DNA from: Deltaproteobacteria bacterium
GTDB taxonomy: Bacteria > Myxococcota_A > Polyangia > Fen-1088
Reading direction: 5' to 3'
DNA length: 64,000 nt
NCBI GenBank assembly: GCA_033763315.1
Contig: JANRKS010000019.1
Location: 288,001-352,000 of the forward strand
Shown: piece by piece, positions 19,074 through 27,802 of the stretch
Numbering within the stretch: the first letter of the stretch is position 1
Layout of the letters: the number at the start of each line of letters is the position of its first letter
The notes under the pieces: model-generated
What the model saw: only the letters and a program-made list of their open reading frames with translations
The model's database searches: none
Told to the model about the DNA's origin: nothing
Translations under genes and position numbers: made by a program

Positions 19074-20237
19074 TTGAACCTCTATACTTCAATCAAGGCG
19101 GTGCGGAAAAGCCAACTTCATAGCCGGGCGGTTTATTCCCGCTTGTGCAAAAAAGCGGGCGCGCTGGCTTGCGGGCTGGCCCTGGCTGCCTGTGGCGCCA
19201 GCAAACCGCCTTCTGTGGATGCCGGCCCCCTCGGCATCGAAATCGCCTTTCCGGACGGCGGCGAGCGCCAATACTGTGGAGAGGCCAGCCGGCAGCTGGT
19301 GGTGAACCCCCGGGTGGTGGATGTATTGGTGCTGTTTGACCGATCGGGATCGATGTCTTTGGCTTTCGGCGACAGCACGCGCTTCGAGGTGGAGCAGCAA
19401 CTGCTGCAGGGCTTGCTCAACGCTTACCAAAGCCGGATTCGCTTCGGTTTTGCACCCTTTCCGTCAAAGGGTGGCTGTGCCGATGCGGGGCCCGCCGCCT
19501 GTTGCACCGACCCGCCTTCAGTGGCTGTGAATTACATGTCGGCGGCTGACATCGGCAACGCCATCGCTGACGCGGCCCCCGTGGATGGCAACACGCCTAC
19601 GGCGCAAGCGTTGATGGCGGCACGCGATTATTTCTTGGGGCTCAACGATGGCGTGATTGAACGGTACGTGCTGTTGTCGACCGATGGGCAGCCAAGTTGC
19701 ACGGCCTCGGGGGAGTTGGCCAAGGATGTGATTCGCTCGGGCCAGCGGCAACAAGGTCCGTGCTCGGACGCGCTGGCCGCCGTTAAGGCGCTGGCCGACA
19801 TCAACGTAAAAGTGTTCGTGTTAGGGATCGGCGCTGATCTGGCGCTGGGCGAGCAGGGCGCTCCCAGCTGCCTGGAAGAATTGGCCCGCGCTGGTGGTGC
19901 CGCCACGCGCGCGTCGCCTTCGTTTTATTCGGCCGCGGATCCGAAGACGCTCAACGCCTCGCTGCAAGCGATCTTCGGCGCCGTGACAAAACCATCCTGC
20001 ACGCTCACTTTCAACATGCCCGCGCCCGATGAGAACAACGTGCTGGTGCTGTTTGACGGCGTGCCGGTGCCACGCGATCAGCGCCGCGAAGACGGGTGGG
20101 GGTGGTTGCCACAAAAGGCGGGCTTGTCCCTGCAGGTTTACGGACCGGCCTGTGCGCGGTTGGAAAGCCTGCAGGTATCGGAGGTGAAGATTCTTTACGG
20201 GTGCCGCCCCTGCACCACGCCTGGCTCCTGCCAATAG
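19074..20237 (+). CDS. VWA-domain Cys-rich lipoprotein (start uncertain)
   Basis: Lipobox LAAC; MIDAS DRSGSM, GNTPT, LSTDGQP; multiple Cys. Confidence 0.8.
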   Translation: MNLYTSIKAVRKSQLHSRAVYSRLCKKAGALACGLALAACGASKPPSVDAGPLGIEIAFPDGGERQYCGEASRQLVVNPRVVDVLVLFDRSGSMSLAFGDSTRFEVEQQLLQGLLNAYQSRIRFGFAPFPSKGGCADAGPAACCTDPPSVAVNYMSAADIGNAIADAAPVDGNTPTAQALMAARDYFLGLNDGVIERYVLLSTDGQPSCTASGELAKDVIRSGQRQQGPCSDALAAVKALADINVKVFVLGIGADLALGEQGAPSCLEELARAGGAATRASPSFYSAADPKTLNASLQAIFGAVTKPSCTLTFNMPAPDENNVLVLFDGVPVPRDQRREDGWGWLPQKAGLSLQVYGPACARLESLQVSEVKILYGCRPCTTPGSCQ

Positions 20238-20241
20238 CCGC

Positions 20242-21318
20242 TTAGACTTCGGTAAGCCAGCCGAACTTATCCTCGGCGTGGCCATACTGAATGTCGGTGA
20301 TGGCCTTGAATAGTTTTTGGGAGAGGTCTCCGGGCTGACCCGTGCCCACGGCGAAGCGCTGATCTTTCCAGCCCAGCTCACCCACGGGCGAAATGACGGC
20401 TCCCGTGCCGGTGCCGAACACTTCGGTAAGCTGGCCTTTGCGCTGCGCAGACAGCAACTCTTCAACGGTGATGCGGCGTTCGTTCACCGTCATGCCCCAG
20501 CTGCGCAAAAGGTCGATGACGCTCGCGCGCGTGACGCCTGAAAGTATGGTTCCGGTGAGCGCGGGCGTGGCCACTTCATCGCCGATGCGCACGAATAAAT
20601 TCATCGTGCCCACTTCTTCAAGGGCCGCATGCTCGATCGCGTCCGTCCACAGCACTTGCGCAAACCCAGCCGCTTTCGCTTCTTCAGCGGCCATCAAGCT
20701 GGCGGCGTAGTTGGCGCCCGCTTTGACGGCGCCCAGACCACCGGGTGCCGCGCGCACGTATTTGTCTTCAATGCGGATGCTCACCGGGCCAAAGCCCTCT
20801 GCGTAGTAAGCGCCCACTGGCGAGTTGATGATGAAGAACTGGTATTGCTTTGCGGGCCGCACGCCCAAGAAAGCTTCGCTCGCAAAAATCGTGGGGCGAA
20901 TGTAAAGCGCCGTGCCGGGCGAGGACGGGATCCACGCTTCGTCTGCGGACACAATCGACTTGATCGCTTCAGCGATGAGTTCGGGATCGATGTCGGGCAT
21001 CGACATGCGCTTGGCGCCTTCAGCCAAGCGCGCCGCGTGGCGGGGCAGGCGAAAGATGCGGATCTTGCCATCAACGCCCCGATAAGCCTTGAGGCCATCG
21101 AACAACGTTTGCGCATAGTGAATGCCCGCGGCCGCGGGATCCATGGGCAACGTCTCGTAGGGCACGATGCGGCCGTTGTGCCAGCCGGCGTCGCCTTTGT
21201 AGTCGAGCAGCAGCATGTGGTCCGCGAAAACGGTGCCGAACTTCAGAGCGGAATCAACCGGACGGGTTCGGGGCGTGGTCGTTCGTGTGACTGGAAATTT
21301 CGCGGATGAGAAAGACAT
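20242..21318 (-). CDS. ilvE: Branched-chain amino acid aminotransferase
   Basis: FGTVFADHM, HYAQTLFDGLKAY, LYIRP, AVKAGANYA (PLP Lys), EVGTMN, ILSGVTR. Confidence 0.96.
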   Translation of the reverse strand: MSFSSAKFPVTRTTTPRTRPVDSALKFGTVFADHMLLLDYKGDAGWHNGRIVPYETLPMDPAAAGIHYAQTLFDGLKAYRGVDGKIRIFRLPRHAARLAEGAKRMSMPDIDPELIAEAIKSIVSADEAWIPSSPGTALYIRPTIFASEAFLGVRPAKQYQFFIINSPVGAYYAEGFGPVSIRIEDKYVRAAPGGLGAVKAGANYAASLMAAEEAKAAGFAQVLWTDAIEHAALEEVGTMNLFVRIGDEVATPALTGTILSGVTRASVIDLLRSWGMTVNERRITVEELLSAQRKGQLTEVFGTGTGAVISPVGELGWKDQRFAVGTGQPGDLSQKLFKAITDIQYGHAEDKFGWLTEV

Positions 21319-21403
21319 TGTGATGCTCAGAGCTGGCAAGTCTAACGCATTCGCGCGTCGATCGGGAGCCTGCGTGCGCACTTTGCGCGGCCCACGTGGC
21401 AGT

Positions 21404-21877
21404 TCAGTCTTCCGTCCAGCTCGCTACGGCACGCGGCGATAAAATATTGTTGCCAACGACGACGCGGTGAGGGCCCGCCCAGGCAAGCTGATCGTCATCC
21501 ACGGCCGCTGGAAGGGCCCAAAACATCACGGATTCATTCTTCGTGACGTCGGCAAGCACAGCCAACCGAGCGCCGGTGCGCGTGCGCTCGACCCATGCCA
21601 CGGCTTTTCCATCGTGGCGCCACACGGGCGTTGCCAAAACTTTCACGCGTTCGTCGGGCCGGTGCACACGCTGACCGTCCACGAACACCGCACCCGCGCC
21701 CACATGAAGCGTGTGACGGCCACACGGCGAAATTTGCGCTTGAGAGAACCGCGGTTGCCTCCCCATGGTTCGCGTCACGGGCGCGGCTGTGTGGGGACGT
21801 GGCGCGGGGGCCGCCAGCGCGGTTGCACCCACGAGCCAAAGGCCGCCTGCCACACAAACCGACGACGGGAACTGCAT
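21404..21877 (-). CDS. Small secreted hypothetical protein (beta-propeller-blade-like motifs)
   Basis: Signal-like N-terminus; PVWRHDGKAVAWVE resembles a PD40-type repeat. Confidence 0.5.
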   Translation of the reverse strand: MQFPSSVCVAGGLWLVGATALAAPAPRPHTAAPVTRTMGRQPRFSQAQISPCGRHTLHVGAGAVFVDGQRVHRPDERVKVLATPVWRHDGKAVAWVERTRTGARLAVLADVTKNESVMFWALPAAVDDDQLAWAGPHRVVVGNNILSPRAVASWTED

Positions 21878-22015
21878 GCTCTTATTGGGCCTTGGCGGCA
21901 CACAAAGGGCAATTTTTCGCACATGCAGGCTGACCGCTGCCCCGGCGAGCCGGCTGCCTCTACGGCTGAGCGCCGGATCTCCCGATGTACCCTTGTCAAT
22001 CCGGTCCGTGCCCCC

Positions 22016-23182
22016 ATGTTGCCGCCCTCCACCGACGAAGAACTAACCCTCACGCTGTCTCGCCACCGGCGAGGGCTGGCCTATGAGGACGATGAGGCGT
22101 CGTTGTCGACGCGCTTGCTGATCTCGTTGGGCGTGACGGCTTACGTGGGTTGGCACCCCCTGATTCGTCTGCTGGCACCCAGCGGGCATGATCCGTTTTT
22201 CGAGCGAGCGCTGGTTTCGACGGCGTGCCTGCTGCTCGTCGCGCTTTCATTTGTTTCGCGTTGGCGGCGCCATTTGGGCCTGTTCGTTTTGATCGCCATT
22301 TATCTAGGCACCTTTCATCATCTATCGCTCGTGGCGCGCAATGACCTGTCCACGCACTACATGCTGGCGCACTTCATTCTGCTGGGCGCGTTGAGCCCGT
22401 TGTTGGGGGGCCTACGGCCGACGGCTCTTTTTACGATCGCGGTCACGGCGGGAGCAGGCGTGACCGCGGCGGTCAGTGGCGCCGCGTTGGGTGAACGTCT
22501 GATTCTGATTTTGGGTTCCTTTTTGCTTCTGCTTGTGACTACCGCCGGCGCGTGGCGCCTACAAACGCTGCAAAAGGCGGGACGCCGGCAAGTGCGGCAG
22601 GTGGGGCAGTTCTTCCGAAACCTGGTGGACGTGTTGCCCGATCCTGTTTACGCACGTTCGGTCAAGGGTGATTGGCAGCTCACCAACGACGCGTTCGATC
22701 GTGGCTTGCGCAGCACCCAGCAAGAAGCCAACACCGATGTGAACTTGGCGGCGCCTGAAATTGTGGCGTCGCTTGAGCGCATCGAATCGATGGCTCTGGC
22801 CACGGGCCACACAATGGAACGGGATGTTTCGTTCATCGGGCTCGACGGCCAAAAACGAGTGGTGGCCTTGAAGGTGGGCGCGCCGCAGTTGCGCAGTGGT
22901 GAACAAATTCTGGTGGGTCTGATCCGCGACGTCACGGCAAGCCGCCAGATGGAGCAGTCGCTAAAGTCCAAAATCGACGAGCTAGAAACGGCCCGTCGAG
23001 AGGTCAAACAGCTTCAGGGTCTGTTGCCGATCTGCATGCACTGCGGGGCCATTCGCAGCGAGGGGGGCGATTGGCAAACCGTGGAAACGTACGTCAAATG
23101 CCACACCGAAGCCGAGTTTAGCCACGGGTTGTGCGACAGTTGTTTGGACGAGCGTTATCCCGCCGCGCCAGACGCCCCGTGA
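22016..23182 (+). CDS. Membrane sensor: multi-TM region + PAS domain + coiled coil + C-terminal Cys/His motif domain
   Basis: 5-6 TMs; FFRNLVDVLPDPVYARS...LVGLIRDVT (PAS/PAC); LQGLLPICMHCGAIR...FSHGLCDSC; start set at ATG 22016. Confidence 0.8.
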   Translation: MLPPSTDEELTLTLSRHRRGLAYEDDEASLSTRLLISLGVTAYVGWHPLIRLLAPSGHDPFFERALVSTACLLLVALSFVSRWRRHLGLFVLIAIYLGTFHHLSLVARNDLSTHYMLAHFILLGALSPLLGGLRPTALFTIAVTAGAGVTAAVSGAALGERLILILGSFLLLLVTTAGAWRLQTLQKAGRRQVRQVGQFFRNLVDVLPDPVYARSVKGDWQLTNDAFDRGLRSTQQEANTDVNLAAPEIVASLERIESMALATGHTMERDVSFIGLDGQKRVVALKVGAPQLRSGEQILVGLIRDVTASRQMEQSLKSKIDELETARREVKQLQGLLPICMHCGAIRSEGGDWQTVETYVKCHTEAEFSHGLCDSCLDERYPAAPDAP

Positions 23183-23185
23183 ACG

Positions 23186-23349
23186 CTAGTGCACCGCTCG
23201 CGAAGTCGAATCATGTTCGGCCGACAAGCTGAGCCACCGGCTGCGTTGTTCCTCCTCGCAATACGCCCGGTATTCCTCGTCGTCTCGCCTTGCCGCTGGC
23301 TCAGCTTGTCGGCCTCGGCATTGACCCGACTTCGCGAGCGGTGCGCTAG
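23186..23349. repeat. 164-bp nested palindromic element (MITE/RPE-like) bounded by CTAG
   Basis: 24-bp terminal IR 23185-23208 / 23327-23350 (1 mismatch); perfect 18-bp internal IR 23219-23236 / 23297-23314. Confidence 0.85.
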
Positions 23350-24329
23350 CGGACGCGCAGCGTGGGCGACAGCGTGATTGATTGCGGCTTGCGCCCTGGC
23401 TGCTTGATGCGTTTGAGCAGCAAGCCGGCCGCTTCATCTCCCATTTGCCGTCCGGGCTGCGCCACAGTGGAAACAGCGGGCTCGAAGGCATCAAGCCAAT
23501 CGTAATCGTCGGAACTCATGACCTCGACGTCTTGGGGGCAACGCAGGTTGGCGGCTTTGATGGCCTTAAGAACCCCTGTCATCATCAAGAAATTGGCGGC
23601 GAACACAGCGGTCGGCCGATCGTTCGCGTTGGCGAGCCATGCCGACGTGATCGCCAAGGCTGACTCCATCGTCCAATCGCCTTCGCCGATCCAGTTTGCG
23701 GGAGCGTCGAATTTCTTCTTCTTCAAGGCGGCTTCCCAGCCCTCAATGCGATCCTCATTCGCCGACAAGCCCCGGGGGCCCACAACGATTGCCACCTTTT
23801 TGTGGCCTTTGCCCAGCAGATGCTCGACGGCCAAACGTGTGCCTTTCACGTTGTCTGCGAACACGGCATCCGCTTCCACGGTTCGCGGGCGTCGGCCCAC
23901 AAACACGATGGCTTTTTTCATGGCCAGCAGCGGCTGCAGATCGCCTTCATCACCGGGGGCCGCAAACAGCAGCAACCCATCAACTTGCTTCGCGTTAAAC
24001 ACCTTGAGGTAATGCGATTGTTGCTCGGGCTGATCGTGCGTGCTGCCAAGGATCAGCGCGTATCCTTCGGCGCGCAGCCGCTCTTCCACCGCATACACGA
24101 CCTGCGCGTAAAATGGGTTGCTGATGTCTGGAATCAGCATGCCCACCGTCTTGGTTTGGCGGGTCTGCAGGCTGCGGGCCACTTCGTTGACGGTGTAATT
24201 GAGCTCTTTGACCGCGTCGAGAACACGCTTGGTCAGCTCGGGGCTCACATAGGCGGACCGATTGATCACGGAAGACACTGTGTAGGTCGAAACGCCTGCG
24301 TGTTTCGCTACGTCGTAGATGGTGGCCAT
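23346..24329 (-). CDS. LacI-family transcriptional regulator
   Basis: MATIYDVAKHAGVSTYTVSSVIN HTH, ARSL hinge, NPFY, periplasmic-binding-protein-like domain; TATAAT at 24347-24342 upstream. Confidence 0.95.
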   Translation of the reverse strand: MATIYDVAKHAGVSTYTVSSVINRSAYVSPELTKRVLDAVKELNYTVNEVARSLQTRQTKTVGMLIPDISNPFYAQVVYAVEERLRAEGYALILGSTHDQPEQQSHYLKVFNAKQVDGLLLFAAPGDEGDLQPLLAMKKAIVFVGRRPRTVEADAVFADNVKGTRLAVEHLLGKGHKKVAIVVGPRGLSANEDRIEGWEAALKKKKFDAPANWIGEGDWTMESALAITSAWLANANDRPTAVFAANFLMMTGVLKAIKAANLRCPQDVEVMSSDDYDWLDAFEPAVSTVAQPGRQMGDEAAGLLLKRIKQPGRKPQSITLSPTLRVR

Positions 24330-24398
24330 AGATGCGCCGGCATTATACGCGACCAAAATGCGGCGCAGGGCTGCATGTTGCAGTAGCCTGCGCCTCGC

Positions 24399-25463
24399 GT
24401 GCTATTGCCCAGGCTCAACCTTTTGACCCACGTGCCTTTGGCGCCTTTGACCACGCTGCGTTTGGGCGGCGAGGCGGCCTATTTCCTGGCGGCGCACACG
24501 ATTGCGGACGTGCAGGGGGCGGTCGCGTGGGCCCAAAACAAGGGGGTGCCGCTGTTGGTGCTGGGCGGCGGCTCGAATGTTGTGATGCCCGATGCTGGGT
24601 GGGATGGCCTGGTTCTACACATGCAATTGCGCGGGCAAAATGTGTCTAACGAGGGCGCCCTGATTCATGTGGTGGCGGCGGCCGGTGAGCCATGGGACGC
24701 CTTCGTGCAAAGCGCCACGCGCAACAAGTGGGCTGGCGTTGAGTGTTTGGCCGGCATTCCGGGACTTGTGGGTTCAACGCCGATCCAAAACGTCGGCGCC
24801 TATGGGCAGGACGTGTCCGAAACCATCGCACGCGTGCGTGTCCTTGAGCGCGCCACAGGTGCGCTTCACTGGTTGACGAAAGATGAACTGCAGTTCTCTT
24901 ACCGAGACAGCGTTTTGCGGCGAGAGCTTTCGCGGTTCATCGTGGTTGAGGTGGCGTTTGATTTGCGCGCGGGTGGGGCGCCTTCAGTGCGCTACGCAGA
25001 GTTGCAACACGCCTTGGCGGCCACGGCAAACCCCACGCTGCTAGATGTGCGCGCGCAGGTGTTGGCGCTGCGACGAAAGAAATCCATGGTGCTGGATGCC
25101 GCCGATCCCAACAGCCAAAGCGTGGGTTCGTTCTTCACCAACCCACTCGTGGACGTACAAATGGCGGCCGAGGTTGCTCGCATCGCTTCGGCTTCGGGCC
25201 TTGCTCACGTGCCGCAGTGGCCGCAGCCTGATGGCCGCGTGAAATTGGCTGCGGGGTGGCTGATCGAGAACGCCGGCTTCTCGCGCGGTCTGCGCCGCGG
25301 GGCCGTGGGTTTGTCATCCGCGCACGCGCTGGCTTTGGTTCACTTCGGCGGCGGAACCAGCAACGAGCTTTTGGCCCTGGCGCGGCAAGTGCGGGACGGC
25401 GTGAAGGCGAAATTTGGCGTCACGCTGCAGCCCGAACCGATCCTCATCGGTGCTTCGCTTTAG
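24399..25463 (+). CDS. murB: UDP-N-acetylenolpyruvoylglucosamine reductase
   Basis: LGGGSN, GIPGLVGSTPIQNVGAYG, FSYRDS, GSFFTNP, KLAAGWLIE, HALAL. Confidence 0.96.
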   Translation: MLLPRLNLLTHVPLAPLTTLRLGGEAAYFLAAHTIADVQGAVAWAQNKGVPLLVLGGGSNVVMPDAGWDGLVLHMQLRGQNVSNEGALIHVVAAAGEPWDAFVQSATRNKWAGVECLAGIPGLVGSTPIQNVGAYGQDVSETIARVRVLERATGALHWLTKDELQFSYRDSVLRRELSRFIVVEVAFDLRAGGAPSVRYAELQHALAATANPTLLDVRAQVLALRRKKSMVLDAADPNSQSVGSFFTNPLVDVQMAAEVARIASASGLAHVPQWPQPDGRVKLAAGWLIENAGFSRGLRRGAVGLSSAHALALVHFGGGTSNELLALARQVRDGVKAKFGVTLQPEPILIGASL

Positions 25464-27703
25464 AGTGAGGCGGGAACGAGCTCGGCGCCCGTCACGTTGT
25501 CCCATGCGGCCGTTGATCTGGGTGGCAGGGTGGCGTGAATCACCTTGCCGTTGCGTAAGGTGATGTCGCGCGTGCCGCCCGCGCCCGAGTGAACCCACAA
25601 CACGCCATTGCCACTGGCCAAGACGTCGTCGGTGTTTTCGTAGACGTGCGCGCCGGCTTGCTGGAACAGCGCGCGCCATGTGCGGCTGTTTGTGATCGGC
25701 AGCGTGCTGAACCACGTCGCGCCGCTGTCGGGCCGCGCCTTCTTCACGAAGCCCACCTCGCCGGTGTCAGCCAAGGTTCCCAATGTTGTGGCTTGGCCGT
25801 CTTTGACGATGGGGAAAGGAGACAGCGGCGTTTTGTGCGGAATTCCGTAGGTTTCGCCAAACGCTTCTTGTGTGACTTTGATCGTGGCGTTGCCGCGCGC
25901 TGCACCGGGCTCGATGTGAATGCCCGTGATGTCGCTGATGAGTTGCATGTCGTTGCGTTCGCCGTCTGAATAACCAGCTGCGTAGCTAAACACCACGTGC
26001 CGGCCCTGCGCCGCGACTCGCGTCTTGATGAGCGCGCGATGCTCCGGCGTCAAGCGCCAGCCATTCGCAAACACCACAACCTTGTAGCGATCCAGCGGCA
26101 CCAACGGCAGGTCGTCCATGAATACGTCGTCCGTCATGCTGCCGCTTTTGTGAACGGCGTTCGACACCGCGTCCAGCGCCGTTTCTGACACAGGCGTCCA
26201 CTTGGCCGCCACGTGGTAATACGTGGCCACATCCCAGACCATCAACACATCGGCTTGCGGCGCAAGCGGCTTGCTGACGCGGTCATCGAACAGCCGCTTG
26301 AGCGTGTGTGCTTGCCGGGTGTAGTCAGGGTGTGCCCACCAGCCCGTCTGCTGGTTGGGACCGAAATCGTAAAACCACATGCCCATGCCGCGCACCAAGG
26401 GACCCAATGTGTTGCGACGAATGATAGCCACGTCATCGGCGCGTTGCTCAGGCGTTGGCTCATCGAACGGGTGGCGCATGCTGGTGGCTTGGTCCATTTC
26501 ATCCAGAACCAGCTTGCCGTGCAGCAGCGCCGATTCCGAAACCGCGCGTGATTGTCCTGAGCCGCCCATGGCATGCGCAGGTCCGTAATAAGACTGCGGG
26601 GCCGCCAGGAAATCCACGTCTGGCGAGCGCAGCACGCGGTCCACGGCCAAGTGGCCGCCCGTGGTTTGGCGCGAGAACGTCATGAAGTAATAGCCATAGA
26701 AATTGCCAACCGCGATCGGGCGGGGCCACAGTTTCTTCACGAGCCCATCGAAATAGATCACGTCATCGGCCACAACGCTGTGCTGGGCCTCGAAGTAGTC
26801 CATCACGTATCGTTCTTTTTGCGGATCACGGAATACGCCGTCGCTGGTTTGATTGCGAGCGGCTGAGCCCGGCACGCGCGCGCTGGCGAAGGTGACGCTG
26901 GGATCCGCCCACGCGGCCTGCAAGGCGGCGTCGGTGCGATATTTGTTTTGCAGCCAGCCGCGAAAGTAAGCTGTCATAGGCGCGCTGGTGTCGGGGTCGT
27001 GGCTGATGAAACTCCAGTTGTGCCATTCGTGCGAAACGCCGTCGCATACGTTCACAAAGCCCAAGGCATTGCCTTGGGGCATCGCCGCCAATTCCTTGAA
27101 GAACCTTTGCAGCACGGAGGTGGTTTCTTGGCGCCACCGCACAGAAGCCAGGCTGTGCACCTTACCTGCGTTCAAATCGTCAGCGTCCGTGGTGTTGCGT
27201 TGCAATCCCCACGGTTGTTTGTGTGGATGCGCGTCCGTGTCGGCATAAGCGACCGTTTCGTCGGGGTGTGCTTCGTTCCACCAAAACGGCGCGTTGATGT
27301 GCAGCCGCAACAACAGCGTGGCTCCCGGTGCAGCCCGCAGAGCGCCAGCAAACTGCCGCTGCACGAGATCCATATCTAGGCTGCCATCCGGCTTCCAAAT
27401 GTCGTTCAACCACAAGCTGAACTGGATGATGTGAAAGCCCGCCTTGGCAAAGTTGGCGATGTTCCACTGCGGAACTTCTTCCCACGTCCATTGTCCGCCC
27501 ACGCTGTCGGTGATCGTATAGATCATCGGCGTGGAAGGGCGCCCGTTGATGAAGATGGTGGGGCGATCGCCCAGCGGTTTGATCTGAACCGTCACGGGTG
27601 TGATGGCTGCGGTGTGATGTGCAGCACTGGCCGGGGGATGGCAGCCCATGGCCACGGCCGCCGCGAACAACAAGCACAAACGACTGAGCATCAGGGACGA
27701 CAT
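25460..27703 (-). CDS. Secreted/lipoprotein glycoside hydrolase, GH42/beta-galactosidase-like clan GH-A
   Basis: Lipobox AMGC; PTIFING, APFWW, GVSHEW, FRGWLQNKY..LQAAW, GNFYGY, LDEMD; C-terminal trimerisation-like domain (LDRYKVVVF). Confidence 0.7.
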   Translation of the reverse strand: MSSLMLSRLCLLFAAAVAMGCHPPASAAHHTAAITPVTVQIKPLGDRPTIFINGRPSTPMIYTITDSVGGQWTWEEVPQWNIANFAKAGFHIIQFSLWLNDIWKPDGSLDMDLVQRQFAGALRAAPGATLLLRLHINAPFWWNEAHPDETVAYADTDAHPHKQPWGLQRNTTDADDLNAGKVHSLASVRWRQETTSVLQRFFKELAAMPQGNALGFVNVCDGVSHEWHNWSFISHDPDTSAPMTAYFRGWLQNKYRTDAALQAAWADPSVTFASARVPGSAARNQTSDGVFRDPQKERYVMDYFEAQHSVVADDVIYFDGLVKKLWPRPIAVGNFYGYYFMTFSRQTTGGHLAVDRVLRSPDVDFLAAPQSYYGPAHAMGGSGQSRAVSESALLHGKLVLDEMDQATSMRHPFDEPTPEQRADDVAIIRRNTLGPLVRGMGMWFYDFGPNQQTGWWAHPDYTRQAHTLKRLFDDRVSKPLAPQADVLMVWDVATYYHVAAKWTPVSETALDAVSNAVHKSGSMTDDVFMDDLPLVPLDRYKVVVFANGWRLTPEHRALIKTRVAAQGRHVVFSYAAGYSDGERNDMQLISDITGIHIEPGAARGNATIKVTQEAFGETYGIPHKTPLSPFPIVKDGQATTLGTLADTGEVGFVKKARPDSGATWFSTLPITNSRTWRALFQQAGAHVYENTDDVLASGNGVLWVHSGAGGTRDITLRNGKVIHATLPPRSTAAWDNVTGAELVPASL

Positions 27704-27802
27704 CGGGCACGCATTATGGCCGCTTGGTATCGCCCTGCCACGCTTGCTTGCTGTATGGGCGAATTGCACGCGAGCCGCGGGAAAAAATGCCTAATCGATG
27801 CG

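Noticed and set aside
21467-22015. 183-codon N-terminal extension of the PAS protein in the ORF track
   Set aside because: Arg/His-rich shadow translation overlapping a plausible minus-strand gene; ATG 22016 gives a coherent membrane protein.
23186-23494. 102-aa ORF spanning the palindrome
   Set aside because: Overlaps lacI out of frame and is mostly the palindromic element itself; treated as a property of the repeat, not a gene.
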